Positions 1-12,297 are shown, counted from the stretch's first letter. The stretch is 64,000 bases of DNA from Vitrella brassicaformis CCMP3155 (GCA_001179505.1 CDMY01000407.1:1-64000); one strand, 5' to 3'. Notes: generated by a model not told the origin, from the sequence alone. A program made the numbers and translations.

Positions 1-195
1 CTGTCTGCGTGGGGGAGGGAGGGGAGGGTTTGCGGGACTGGGGTGTGCTGATGGGGCGGGGATTGATCCCTCCTCCCCTTGAGCCTGTTTGAGTCTGCGT
101 GCTGATGGGACTGTATTTGTATGAGTATCACGGACACACAGACGAGTGTTACGGTTAATGACAGTTTTCCCCCCCCTGCGTGTGAGTATGCGTAC

Positions 196-306
196 CCTGG
201 GCTCGTCATATTGGCGCCTTTTCTCGTCGTCCAGCAGGGTGTCTTTGGCGGTGTTGATTTCGGCCATGATCTGGCTGTTTTGGAGGACATGGCGATCGGG
301 ATGCGC
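196..306 (-). CDS. Exon encoding the C-terminal half of a DnaJ J-domain; the gene continues off the window edge and its 5' exons are unresolved
   Basis: Bounded by ctttctctgtgcag| and |gtacgc. It is 111 nt, phase 0, and reads AHPDRHVLQNSQIMAEINTAKDTLLDDEKRRQYDEPR, with the HPD motif and the LxDxxKRxxYD J-domain tail. Confidence 0.7.
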
Positions 307-1289
307 CTGCACAGAGAAAGAAAGGCCCCAGCATGATACGAGACCCATGCAGCTCATGGTCCGCACACACAGCAACACACACACACAGCACGTGGATGGA
401 CCAGAGAGAGAGGGCGAGGGAGGGATACGTCTGATGTGCATGTGGGTGGTGTGTGTTGCTGGCTGGCTGGCTGCAGGCCGTCGTGTCAATCCCCTGGACG
501 TGTACAGCCGCCCGCGTGGCCTCGCTCTCCAGAGGGCCTGTGTGTCCCCCCACCGACATGGGCGAGCGTGAGGTGGCCGAGATGATCGCCATGATGGCCA
601 CACTGCCTACACTTTATATCCCGTTCGTCCTCTTCTCAAGCAGCCGACATCGTCAACTTCAAACCAATCGTCAGTCAGAGAGAGAGACACACATACTCAC
701 CTTGCACATGGCTGGCTGCAGTGTTCATTGGAGCGTCCGCATGAACACACAAGGCATTCATTCGGACAAATCGAGCAGCACTGCAGGACACCCTGCAGAG
801 ACCAGGGCGGCGAGTCCGGCTCACCAAGGTTTCCATTGGCTATCCCTGGGTTTCACATGCCCCGTATTTTAGAAGCGCGGGGGAAAAGCGCCCGGCCCTT
901 GTTTGATATCCCGTCGGGCGACGGCTAACACGTTCTCACGAGAAACAGACTCCTTCTCATTCAAACAGACTCGAGAATGGCCAGGAAGGGATTGAATGAG
1001 GGCAGCAGCTTGCAGTCAGTGCAATCATTGGATGGCTGCAAATGGTGAATCAGTGATATAAAACGTTGACGGGACATTTTCGCTCTTTGTGCTGCTATGC
1101 GTTGAGGAAATGAAAATGAGGCGACCAGGGTCAGCAATTTCAGTCTATATTCAGCTTGATCAATCAATGAATCAATCAATCAATCATTATCCATCATGTC
1201 ATCCATTCACCATGTCGCTGTCCTCCCCCACACCGCTCGCATGACCCTCTCGAACCGTTGCAGGCCGTGGCAGCCTGGAATACACAGGC

Positions 1290-1348
1290 AGTGAGGTCGA
1301 GTAAAGGCATATTCTCTCTGACCTCATCTGCCTTTACTCGACCTCACT
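1290..1348. repeat. Perfect 20-bp inverted repeat with a 19-nt loop (hairpin)
   Basis: agtgaggtcgagtaaaggca (1290-1309) is the exact reverse complement of tgcctttactcgacctcact (1329-1348). Confidence 0.95.
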
Positions 1349-1870
1349 TTACTTGAGAAGGTTTGAAGGGAAGACACACGAGTGTCTCATTCTGAATCGT
1401 TGACATACAATAAACCTACCTCGCCACCCCCTCGCCCTCCACTAGATGAGACACAGACAAGGTGAGACACAGCCGAACAAATATAAAACGTAGACAACGA
1501 TCTGCTGGCACTCCACACTCCCGCTCCATGACCTGAAGGACACGGGAGAGCATACCATTGTGACATTACTTTCTATTGTGGTTTCCCCCCGGCCTCCCGC
1601 CGACATACCACTCACTCAATCGCCCGCCCACCTCTCGGCCTGCCTCTCCAATGTTCACTTCGTCAAGCCAAATTGGCCGCCAGACACAACCAAATCAACG
1701 AAACATCGACGCAGAACAAGGCAACACGTACACCACAGGCGGTACAGCAGACCACACAGTGTGTTTGTGTACATCACACGACCGTCTCTCGCCCCTCGCT
1801 CTCTCACGTGGCAATGGATGCGTCAAAAGGTGTACACAGCGACACAGACAGACACACACTCATCCCACAG

Positions 1871-2578
1871 CCAGACACGGCACACCTCACTCTCCTCTCA
1901 CACGCATCCAACGAGGAAGCAACCTCCCTAGTGCTTCCTTGCCTGTCGGTGGTTATGAAAACCCCGCCAGACCACACACATCTCCCCCAGGTGTGCACGG
2001 GCAGCTCCTGAATCAGACACACATGATTGTCGGACGGCCATACAGAAGATGAGATGGACGGCCCATTCGCAGGCCTCTCACAGATACACGTTGCCGGCAA
2101 GGAGGCAAGCATCACATCCTACCTAGAGCGTGCCTGCCTGTTGGTGAGAAAAAAGAGCAGCCCACAAACAGCCACACACCATACATTCCCCCCCCTCATT
2201 AACCAACTCACTGCTGGTCTGTGTGTGTGTCGCTCCAATGGATGTGCATCCCTCCATCCATGCATGCAGCTGCTCGACGAGTTCATGGACACCACCGCCC
2301 CTCCCGCAGGCACTGTGGCAGACTACTGGCAGCCTATCTACTTGCCGCCTGACTGGCTGCCGCCCCATCGCTTAGGCGATGTCGGGGCGGCAGCTCTCCA
2401 ACAGTCCCTTAACCATCAGGGACGAGTGGGCGTAAAGGCTCCTCACTGCCCTCACCACCTGCTGGCTGCCCTTACGCAGCAGCAGACGTCTTCTCCGGGC
2501 TGCTGGCATGTCACCACCCAGGTCCCTCCCCGCCTCTCCCACAAGGCCACGTCCCAGTGGGTCAGTGCGCTGGCGTAG
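1871..2578 (+). CDS. Hypothetical spliced protein; 5' end uncertain
   Basis: GT-AG introns at about 1991-2046 and 2144-2269 join ...PHTSPP-EDEMDGPFAG...ACLL-LLDEFMDTTAPPAGTVADYWQPIYLPPDW... to a stop at 2578. No recognisable domain. Confidence 0.4.
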
Positions 2579-2699
2579 AAGCCAGCCTCGTTGTCGCCCC
2601 ACTCCTCGACAGACACCTCCAGCCGGTAGTATCCATGTGGTGTGGGGGCGGCTGCTCTGCCATCTGAGTGGCTGTGTGCGTCGGCGGGTGGGGGTGGGG

Positions 2700-4300
2700 G
2701 TGAGTGGCGACGGGAGCCGGGGGCGAGTATGGCGTGGTCTTCTGCACTTGTGGTGTGGTGGATGTGGGTGCAGGGGCAGCAGGGGGAGTCGATACGGGTT
2801 CGGGGGAGGGGAAGGGGGAGGCAGGAGGAGTGGGCGATGGCAGGGGTACCAGCTGCAGAGCGCTGGGTGTGGGCATTTTGGCGTGAGTGGCCGGACTGCT
2901 CGACAGCGGAACGGAAACAGCCTGAAGGAGGACACAACCAACACAAATGCGTCCATCCATCCATCCATCCATCCACAATGCCTTTCATCGAGATTATGGA
3001 TGCAGGCGGGTACACATGGACGTACCGTGTGGTTGGTAGTGCTCGGAGTGGCCATCATCTTCTTGTGCAGCTTCTGATGAGCATCCACTGCAGAGCAGCC
3101 GGGACACTTGCACCCTCTGCCCGTCTGATGATGACTCCATTGCTCCGTCGCTCACCTTCTGTGGATTCTATCTGTTGATTTCTTCCGGATGGCAAATCAC
3201 GGGCTCAATGCTGGAGCGATGTGTTTGCTGAGGCAACTGACGCCGCACGGGCCGGATTCTCGCTCCAAGCCGTGACAGTCTGGAATATGCAGCAGAGCAC
3301 AGACTGCACTATGCCTCTGTGCTCATCTCTCTGCCCCGGCATTCTCACTTTGGTCTCGGTCGTTGATAAGTGAGACACAGCCACACAGATATAAAATGTA
3401 GACGGCGACTCCCAGCGAACTGCAATCGCCCAGCCGACAGTAAGCAACGCAACACACACAACGGCGCTCCGCCCCACAAGCTGACCTTGTTGGATCGACA
3501 ACAGAACCTGACAGAGAGACAGACACAACACACATGGACACACTTGTGGATGGATGCGTTGCTTACTGCGATGGTCACGATCTGTATGAGCATTGGGTGC
3601 CTGGTCATCCGAGGGGGCACGTCCATCACCTGACACACACCAAGACACATACAGACAAGACCGCACCACTCACCACACAACTCACCCCCTCACCCATCCA
3701 TCCATACCTTGATGCGCTGCAGACGTGACTGACGCAGTGGTTTTCCCTTCTGCAGAAGAGGTCCGTTGACGAAGTGAGACACAGCCGACGAAATATAAAA
3801 TGTAGACGGCGATTTCAAGGCGTGTCTGCTGAGCCGAAAAGAGGGAGGCGCACAACACACATCTTCCACGCATTCTCTATCTCCCCCCTCGACGCAAAGG
3901 GCGAAACGCCCAGAAGCACATAGTGGGCCAGCACAAAGCGGTCCGGCGCTGTGAGCATAAGGCGGTGGTTCGTCTGTGTGAGTGTGTGTGGGAGCGGCTT
4001 GGGGCATGGCTGGGGGACGACTGCAGTCGGGGGCAAGTATGGCGTGGCTTTCTGCACTTGTGGTGCGGCGCGTATGGGTGCAGGGGCAGCAGGGGGAGTC
4101 GATGTGGGGGAGGGGGAGGGGGACGGTGAGGGGGTGGGAGGCTTCGCTGGCACCACGACGAGCTGCAGCCCGCTCGGTGTCACGGTGCGGCCGTTGGTGG
4201 GCGAACTGCCGGCAGCCGAACTAGCTACGGGCGGCTTAGCCGCGGCCTGAAGGAGTGCACAACCAGCACACACACATCCATCCATCCACAATGCCTTTGG
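2700..4300. repeat. Local direct duplication: about 2700-2990 is paralogous to about 4020-4300 (Pro-rich exon plus preceding GATG-rich intron on the minus strand)
   Basis: The minus-strand translations share STPPAAPAP...PQVQK.TPY.PP. Both copies have the intron ggcattgtggatggatg...ccttcag. Confidence 0.85.
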
Positions 4301-5431
4301 TCAAGGTTGTGGTCGCAGTTGGGTAGTGCGCGCGTACATACCGGCTGGGCGGTGTCGGTGGGCTTCAACTTCTCCTGCTCACACAGGAACTGGAGGGACA
4401 AACAACGGGAAGAAGGAAGGGTGGATGTGTGTAGATATGTGTAGGGTGTGTGTGGATCTCTGTGTCGCCCTCCTGGTACCGGCCGCATTCCTTGGTCCAC
4501 ATGGCCATGATGCCCTTGCGGTTGGCTTCACAAACGCCCTGCACCATCCAGGAAGAAGCCAGCCGCCAACAGCACAGGAAGCACGCGATGGATATGCCCG
4601 CAGTGGATGGAGTGTTCGAGCGCGTGTGCGTACCATCTTATAGTCATAGGCCTCCCTCTTGTCCTCATCCAACAGCAGTTGCTGGGCGCATGCAGAAGGC
4701 AGGACGGCCAAATCTCCGCCCTCCCTCCCAGAAATGTCCGCTGGCAGGTGAGACAGACAAGGTGAGACACAGCCGAACAAAAAAAAATGTGGACAGTGAT
4801 CTGCTGGCAAGCTCCACACCTCGCTCCATGACCTGAAGGACACAGGAGGGGCATGACTGATGTGAGGAGCCTCTGCAAGAAACAGGTTTCACACGATGGG
4901 GTATTGTTGGTAGATCTGGGGAGATGGTCATGTGCGGCATGTTCATCGTCATGAATGGCGGGCGAGGCGCGTAGTATGCCGAGATGGGGTATTGTTGGAG
5001 CACGTGGGCAGGGATGAATGGGTGGATCGGGCGAGGGATGGAGGGGCCTGGGTGGAACAAGCCAAACCCAGGTCTCGGAACACCGAACGGCCGGCGATCG
5101 GCATCGGCAACATAACATGGGCACTGCACCACACACCACACCACACACCAACAGGAAAAGAAGTGTTTGAGCCGCCGCATGCAACAACGCTGCTCTGCTT
5201 ACTTCTGGTACCTCTGCGTCTGCGGTCCATCCTGCAATGGTAAAGAGCAGCCAAACAACACACGGATGGATGGATGGATGCAGCTGCCTGGCCTCCTATC
5301 CCGTTCTGCGCTTCCTATGCATCCCCTTCCCGTGCCATCTCCCCATTTGCGTACCGTTGGGTTGTATGCGATTCTACTCTGGGCACCGCCCCTGCGCGCA
5401 CATACGGCGGCACATAGCCTTGCGGCCTCAT
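3700..5431 (-). pseudogene. Chimeric, probably decaying gene: inverted copy of the kinase 5' exons joined to J-domain-like and Pro-rich segments
   Basis: There is an ATG at 5431, and exons 1-3 mirror the kinase gene but their phases do not join cleanly. Downstream pieces read QLLLDEDKREAYDYKM (4634-4681) and HYVLLGVSPFASRGEIENAWK (3863-3925). Confidence 0.4.
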
Positions 5432-5707
5432 CGACAAAGCGCAGCGCGATTCGAGTCGGGTCCTGCGTCAGGAAGGGCAACAAGGGAGAGAGGGGGAAGA
5501 GGTACACCATTCATGATGACATCATCATTTTCTTGGCCGTCTCCGCCCCCATTGGGGGCGAAATTCTCGACCACACAAGTTTCACGGCTTGCAAGATCGT
5601 TGTCGCGTGTTGAAGAGGGAAGATTAGCTTGTTGGTGCCCTGTTTGGCCGCTCTTCCACACTGGAATGTTCTAAGGGGTGATCTCGCCGTACGAGTCGCA
5701 CATCGCT

Positions 5708-8700
5708 ATGGGCAATGCGCCGATGGGGCTGCAGGGCCGTGCGCCGCAGGGGCGGCAAGGCCACGTAGGAGGTTCCGGCGCGCAGAATAGCATCGCTGCC
5801 ATCGCAAATCCAACGGTACGCAAATGGGGAGAGGCACGGGAAGGGGATGGAAAGGAGGCCAGGCAGGTGAGATTCTGGCTGATGCATCCATCCATCCGTG
5901 TGTTGTTTGGCTGCTGTTTCCCATTGCAGGATGGACCGCACACGCAGACGTACCATGGCCAGAACCGCAAGAAGTCACAGCAGAAGTAAGCAGAGCAGCG
6001 TTGTTGCATGCGGCTCAGCAGTTGGTGTGTGGTGTGATGTGGTGTGTGATGTGGTGTGTTGTGGTGCAGGGTCCACGTTGCGCTGCCCGTGCCGTTCAGC
6101 CAGGAGTTGTTCGGTCTTCCGAGACTCGAGTATGGCCCCTGCTACCCAGGCCCCTCCATCCCGCCGCAAATCTACCAGCAATACCACGGACCCCCTTCCC
6201 ACATGGTCATGGCGCCGCACATGATCATGGCGCCACACCGCCCTCACCGTCACGGCCCCCCTCCGCTGCCCCCACACACCCACATAGACGAAGGCCCTCA
6301 CATGGCGAACCTCGTGCCACCCCACCTCATGCCACCGCACATGCTACCGCAGAACCCTCGCCCTCCCCCGCACGGCCCCCCTCCCCCTCCGCCACACTCC
6401 CACATCGACGACGAGCCGCCAAGGCCAGCAGAAGAGGAGCAGCCACTTCTCTTTTCGGAGGTGTCTGGTGAGGATGGCGAGGTGGACTCGTTTCGGGGGG
6501 AGGGCGACTACCCGCACGATCCGACGGCCTACCCGGTGATGCCGTCCCGCTGGCCGTACGATGAGATCACCAGATTCTACTTCGTCAAGGTAGGCAGGAA
6601 AAAACAAAGGGAGGGAGAACAGAAGAGGGTGTGACTGCACTCTGTGTGGTGTGGTGTGGTGTTGTGTGGTGTGTGTTGTGTGGTGTGTGTTGTGTGGTGT
6701 GTGATTGCAGTATCCGTACGTTGAGTTGGGCAGGGGCACGTATGGCTGTGCAGTCAAGGCTTGGAGCAAGCAGACGGGCGAGCCCGTGGCCATCAAGGTC
6801 GCATTCCGAGAGCATCACCACATACGCAGCCAAGTGAGCGAGCGGGGAGGGGGAGACCACACACACACACATCCACCGACATATGACACATCTGTGTGTG
6901 TGTGTGTGTGTGTGTCGATGACGTCTGTGTGTGCACGTGTGTGGTGTGTGCAGATCGACAACGAGATCAGCATCATGACTGTGCTGCAGCCTTACCCGGA
7001 CTACTTCGTGCAGATGATCTCCGCCCACCACACGAGAGATTTCACCTACATCATCATGGAATACTGCGAATATGACCTACCGAGATGGACCTGGGAGTGA
7101 GCAGACCGACACACACAGACACTGACAGAGACACGCACTTTTCCTGTGTGGCGTGACACATGTGTATCCGTGTTGTGGTCAGGGTTGCATCGGGGATGAC
7201 GCCCATACCTGTCGTGGCCCTCTGGACGCGGCATACCGTCAAGGCCCTGGACATCCTCGCCACCCTGTAATACACAGCAGGCCTTCCCCCCATCTGTATG
7301 TGTGTGTACGCGCGTGTGCTGTGTTGTGTTGTGTGTGCCTTTTCAGGGGCATACAGCACAGGGACCTGAAGGTGAGACCCAGCCCCCCACCATCCCCACG
7401 CCCACACACAGACAAAACACATCCTCCTCTCCATCTGTGTTTGGGTGCGTGTGTGTGTGTGTGTATGTGTGTGTGTGCAGCCGGCCAACTACCTCCTCAA
7501 GCCGATGACGCTCAACCTGCCCCCGCATGGCACGCGCACGTTTTGGATGCCGAAGATCTGCGACTTCGGCACCGCCACACGCAGCTGAAGACTGGGTGGG
7601 CAGCAAATGCCATGCATGCCGCCCAACACACGCACACACTCGCTTTGGTCACCTCTTCTTGTCCGTGTGTGTGCGTGTGTCCTTTGTGCAGTCGCGTGGG
7701 TAGCATCGACTGTTCGGACCCGCAGCTTGACGCAGGCCTACCGCATCGCCCCTCATCGGACATGTTCTCAGCGGGTACTCATCCAACGACGACGACGACC
7801 ACCGCCGCCGTCACACACTCGTGTGTGTGCGTGTTGCGTGGTGTGTGTCAGGCCTCACGAGTTCGTTCATGCTCATCAACCTTCTCGTCCTGGGCGGGGC
7901 GCCCTACAAGCGGGCGGACGAGAGGGGCGTGCCGGACGACAGCTATGACGACGAGCACATTGAGGTACTTCACCCCTCCCACCGACACACAGAGAGACAC
8001 ACGTGGATGGACGGATGGATGGATGGATGTGTGTTGCAGAAAGTCCGTGAGGAGGTGTGCAATCCCGACTGGCCCAAGGGCAAGCTGTGGCAGAAGCTCG
8101 AGGTGGCCCACAAATTCGGCCACAAGGCCCCCTACACCGAACTCCATAAGCTGCTCGACTTCCAATCAACCATGCTGGCCCTCGACCCGGACAAGAGACT
8201 CACCGCCCAGGAGGTGGGTGCAAGAAACAAACCACCACACGCATTTCAATGACCACATCACATCACATCACATCACATCTGTGTGTGTATCCTTTGTGTG
8301 TTGTTCAATTCATCCTTCAGATTAGTGACCCCATCACCTTTCACCCGTTGGTCGTGTGGGCTAGGGAGGTGGCCGATCGGCTGCTGTTCGGCACGAGCCC
8401 GAGGGACCTCAGCTACTTCCGTCTAATCGAGGCCGCCTACAACTCCCAGACCAAGGAGTACCAATCGGTGACCTCGACGCGACGAGAGAAGTTGCCGCCC
8501 CCGGCCGCCCTCCCCCAGACACCCGCACCAGCCCCACCGGTCAAGAGCCCCCCGCCGAGCCCCACCAGACTCATCAAAAAGCCGAATGCGGGCTCGTCTG
8601 TGAAGTAAGCTGCAACGGGTGGGTCGGGGGGTCGAATGGATGGATGGATGGATGGATGGTACTGCAGGCCTCGTTTCGATTCCCCCGGTGGCTCAGAGGG

Positions 8701-9462
8701 CTTCATGGACCGCAACAAGGGCACACAGGTGAGTGTCTGTATGGGGGCGAAGACGAGGCTGGGCATTGAAGCGATGCTTGGTGGCCATGTGCAGGTGTCT
8801 GTGGAGGCGTACCGTCCGTTTGACGACCTCGACGCGACGCTGCACCACTGCAGCACCGCCCTCGGTGAGCAGGCAAAGGAGGGTGGAAATAAGACACACA
8901 TCCTGGGCGCGCTCCACGGGTCTCTGTGTGTGTGTGGGCCAAGCAGGTGTGGCGGGGCGGTTCCGCCGGGTGGCATGCCCCAACAGGGGTGTGCACACGG
9001 CTGAGTTAGGGTGTTTGTATGAGTTCGACGATACCGCCTTTGTTAGGATTCGCATGAGTGAGAGTGGTTTGGAAGGTAGGTGAGCGGGCGACCGAGACAG
9101 ATACCCCAAAACACACACACACACACACACACACATCGCACATCGCACATCGCACATCGCACATCGCACATCGCACATCGCACATCGCACATCGCACATC
9201 GCACATCATGGCCGTATATCCCTCCCTCCCTCCTTGTCTGTCTGTCTGTCTGTCTGTCTGTGTGTCAGTCCTCTCCATTAGTGAGCCCATTAGCCACTGG
9301 GGGGGCCTGCGTGAGTTCCTGGCCTCGGTCGGCATCGAGACGCCGCCCCCCATGGTTCCACTCAACACACAGAAAGGCCAGACCACCACACAGCCAGGTG
9401 CCACCAGCAGCAGCAACACGGGGGGGCCATGGGTGTGGAAGGACTTGGTTCCGCCCCCATGA
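5708..9462 (+). CDS. Ser/Thr protein kinase with a Pro/His-rich N-terminus and a C-terminal extension (about 16 exons); apparent 1-nt frameshift after DFG
   Basis: The spliced model gives GRGTYG (6711-), VAIK, HRDLK|PAN, KICDFG (7562-7570), GSIDCSDPQ, SDMFSAG and MLALDPDKRLTAQE. It continues through the intron at 8605 (aa|gtaagc) to a TGA at 9462. The DFG frame stops at 7586-7588. Confidence 0.85.
9132..9207 (+). repeat. (CACATCG)n heptamer tandem repeat, about 11 copies, inside a kinase intron
   Basis: Read directly from the sequence; it follows a (CA)n run. Confidence 0.95.
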
Positions 9463-9760
9463 GCGAAGGCAGGCATACTCACGGATGGATGGATGGATCG
9501 ATAACTAGGCTACCGTAGGACACATACGCACCTGGCTGGCTTTCAGTACTACTACTGCATTATGGGATGGGTTGGGGGGTTGGTGGTGCAACAGGCAGGC
9601 AGGCAGGCTGTGTTTGGGATGGATGGATGGATGGAGGCCTGCTGCCCGAGGGTGCCCGACAGTGGAGGATAGCAGCGCGTGTGTGCGTGTGTGTGAGAGT
9701 GTGAGAGTGTGTGTGTGTGCATTGTGGTCGCATGGATATGTCTGCAGTGCTGGGAGGGGA

Positions 9761-10060
9761 NNNNNNNNNNNNNNNNNNNNNNNNNNNNNNNNNNNNNNNN
9801 NNNNNNNNNNNNNNNNNNNNNNNNNNNNNNNNNNNNNNNNNNNNNNNNNNNNNNNNNNNNNNNNNNNNNNNNNNNNNNNNNNNNNNNNNNNNNNNNNNNN
9901 NNNNNNNNNNNNNNNNNNNNNNNNNNNNNNNNNNNNNNNNNNNNNNNNNNNNNNNNNNNNNNNNNNNNNNNNNNNNNNNNNNNNNNNNNNNNNNNNNNNN
10001 NNNNNNNNNNNNNNNNNNNNNNNNNNNNNNNNNNNNNNNNNNNNNNNNNNNNNNNNNNNN
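9761..10060. other. Assembly gap (300 N) followed by a G-rich (GGGGAGA)-like repeat
   Basis: Run of N; gggaggggagaggggggagggg... at 10061-10105. Confidence 0.99.
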
Positions 10061-12297
10061 GGGAGGGGAGAGGGGGGAGGGGAGAGGGGGGAGGGGAGAG
10101 GGAGGCGGGATTCTTACCCTTAGATAGTCGAGACTGAGTGGACGGATGGCCGGCTGTGTGCTTGGCTGACTTGAGTAACCCAATGCATCGTTCAACGATC
10201 CACCTTAGTCTCACACGAACACACGCATGGCATGGACGCATTCTCAATTTGGCTCACCTACCTAACGCAATCACACCTATCTCTCCCTCAGCTGCACATT
10301 CTCAGCTGTACACCTCCAGCTGACGCACTCTGTTGCCCTCAGTCGTGAAAAATCAAACCACGCCACACAAACGATCCACCACGCCACACGGCACCGCGTC
10401 CCATCACGCCTCTCTCTGGCTGGGCTGCCTTCTGACTGACTCTTCTCTGCCATGACGCCACGGATCCGTTCGCAGACGACACATCGACAGCCCGACACAC
10501 CACAACGAGAAAGGGAAAAGCAAAGATACGGTGAAAAAATGTACGCACCTCGGATATGTGTGTTGATTGAAACGACGAGATAGAGAGACTGGAGGTCATG
10601 GGCAGGGAGAAGAATGGGGCGATAACAGACAGACAGACAGAGATGGGCGCAGTGAGTCGAGTCAGTCAGTCAGTCAGTCAGGCAGGCAAGAGGGCAGAGA
10701 GGAGACTGGATGGAGTTGAAATGGTGAGCGAGAAAAAGATTGGCGCAGTAGACAGACAGACAGACAGACAGAGAGAGGGGAGAGAGGCAGGGGAGATTCA
10801 GGAGGTGCAGCAGAGGAGAGGAGAGAGAGCAGATTCAGACACAGGTGTCTGTCTACCTGGATAGACTAGATAGTAGGTAGGTAGGTAGGTATCGTCCGTC
10901 GGACAATGCAATGCAATATCAATGCCGGCTGCGTCAACGCCACGCCCACCATGTGCCAAGAAACCACATGAAAAATGGCACATGTCCACCCCTTCCTCCC
11001 TCACCCATCCCCGCCTCCGTCTCTATCTCTGTCTGTGTGTGCTTTCCGTGAGGAAAACGAAAGCGCCTGACCAATCGGCCAGCCATCGACGAGTGTGAGC
11101 GCATCTGGATATGTGGTCGGTCGGTTAAAACCCTCTCCCCTCTGCTCTCCGCGCTCTGGCTCTCTGGTCTGGTGCTCTCTTGTTTCGCTCTCTCTCTCAA
11201 GATCGATCGGCACACACAGGCCGCCCTCAGGTGACTGACGTGGATGTCTCTGTCTGTGTGTATGTGTGTCTATACACGGATGAACGGATGGATGGATGGA
11301 TCATGGATCGCTCTGAATTGGCTCTTTCTACCCGGCCTGGCCTGACATGACAAGAGATGCCCTGTACACCCATTGGACCACCCATCCCATTGACACACAC
11401 ACACACGCACACACACACCCCTCCGAAGATGATAGACATCCACGGATGGACACACGCATGCCATTCACCAGCCGCCCTTTTTGGTATGGGGGGGCCATTC
11501 GATGGACAAAATCCGGCAGGTACCTCACGTCACACGTACTTGTTTTGCTCTCCCCTCACTCCCCTGTCTATGCCCATCGGTACGTCAGGTGCGAACGCGC
11601 AAAATCCTTACCTACGATGCGTTGCGTTGTACGCACGGCTGTCTGTCTGTCTACAGTGAACACGGATGCGGAAGGCGAGCGCAGGGTGGCTCGACTGCAG
11701 TCAGGTAACTGGTGTGTCTTGTGTTCTTGTCTGTCTCCCTTGGCCATTGAGGTGAGTGAAGAGAGAGAGGCAAGATGGAAGAACGAAGCGTTGCGCCAGC
11801 ACAGAGGCCAGCGGAGCATTGTGTACCCCACCCACCCCACCACAGACCCAGGACGCACCAAAAAGACCCCAAGACGAGTCGCATCGACCAGAAACCCATT
11901 CACCCCGGTCATCCCTTGCTTCGTTGATAATTGAAACTCTCCCTCTCTCATATGTGGGTGCGTCGTGTGTGTGCACGGTGCGCCCCCGCCCCTCTGTACA
12001 GCTTCCATCGCCTGGTATGGCGATGGATGAAGCGAGGCAGGAGCGACCGAGGCCCGCCACGACGGCCACACACACACACACACACTACCACGGACATGGC
12101 AGTTCCATCCATCCATCCATGTAGCTGCCTGGCTGATTGACAGATGGACTAAGGACATCGCCTTACTCTGTCCCATCAATCAGCATCCACAGGGGTAGAA
12201 TCCCTCCCCTCCCCCCCTCTCCCCTTTCCCAGACAGCATCCGGTCGACAAAAAATACCGTCCATCTATCTATCTGTCGTCGGTATTCTTCGATCTCA

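Larger units (their letters stand above)
1445..4855. repeat. Local direct duplication: about 1445-1555 is paralogous to about 4745-4855
   Basis: Both contain gagaca.acaaggtgagacacagccgaacaaa...gatctgctggca...cgctccatgacctgaaggacac.ggag.gcat. Confidence 0.9.

Noticed and set aside
9132-9207. Regular repeat array considered as CRISPR-like or coding (HRTSHIA repeats in the ORF track)
   Set aside because: It is a pure 7-nt microsatellite with no spacers, lying inside a kinase intron in a eukaryotic genome.
9552-10247. Long ORFs in the track spanning X runs (also 24124-25060)
   Set aside because: These are artefacts of translating through N gaps.
11347-11934. Possible plus-strand spliced gene between the gap and CYP97
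   Set aside because: Some GT/AG pairs are present, but I could not build a phase-consistent model or find any motif.
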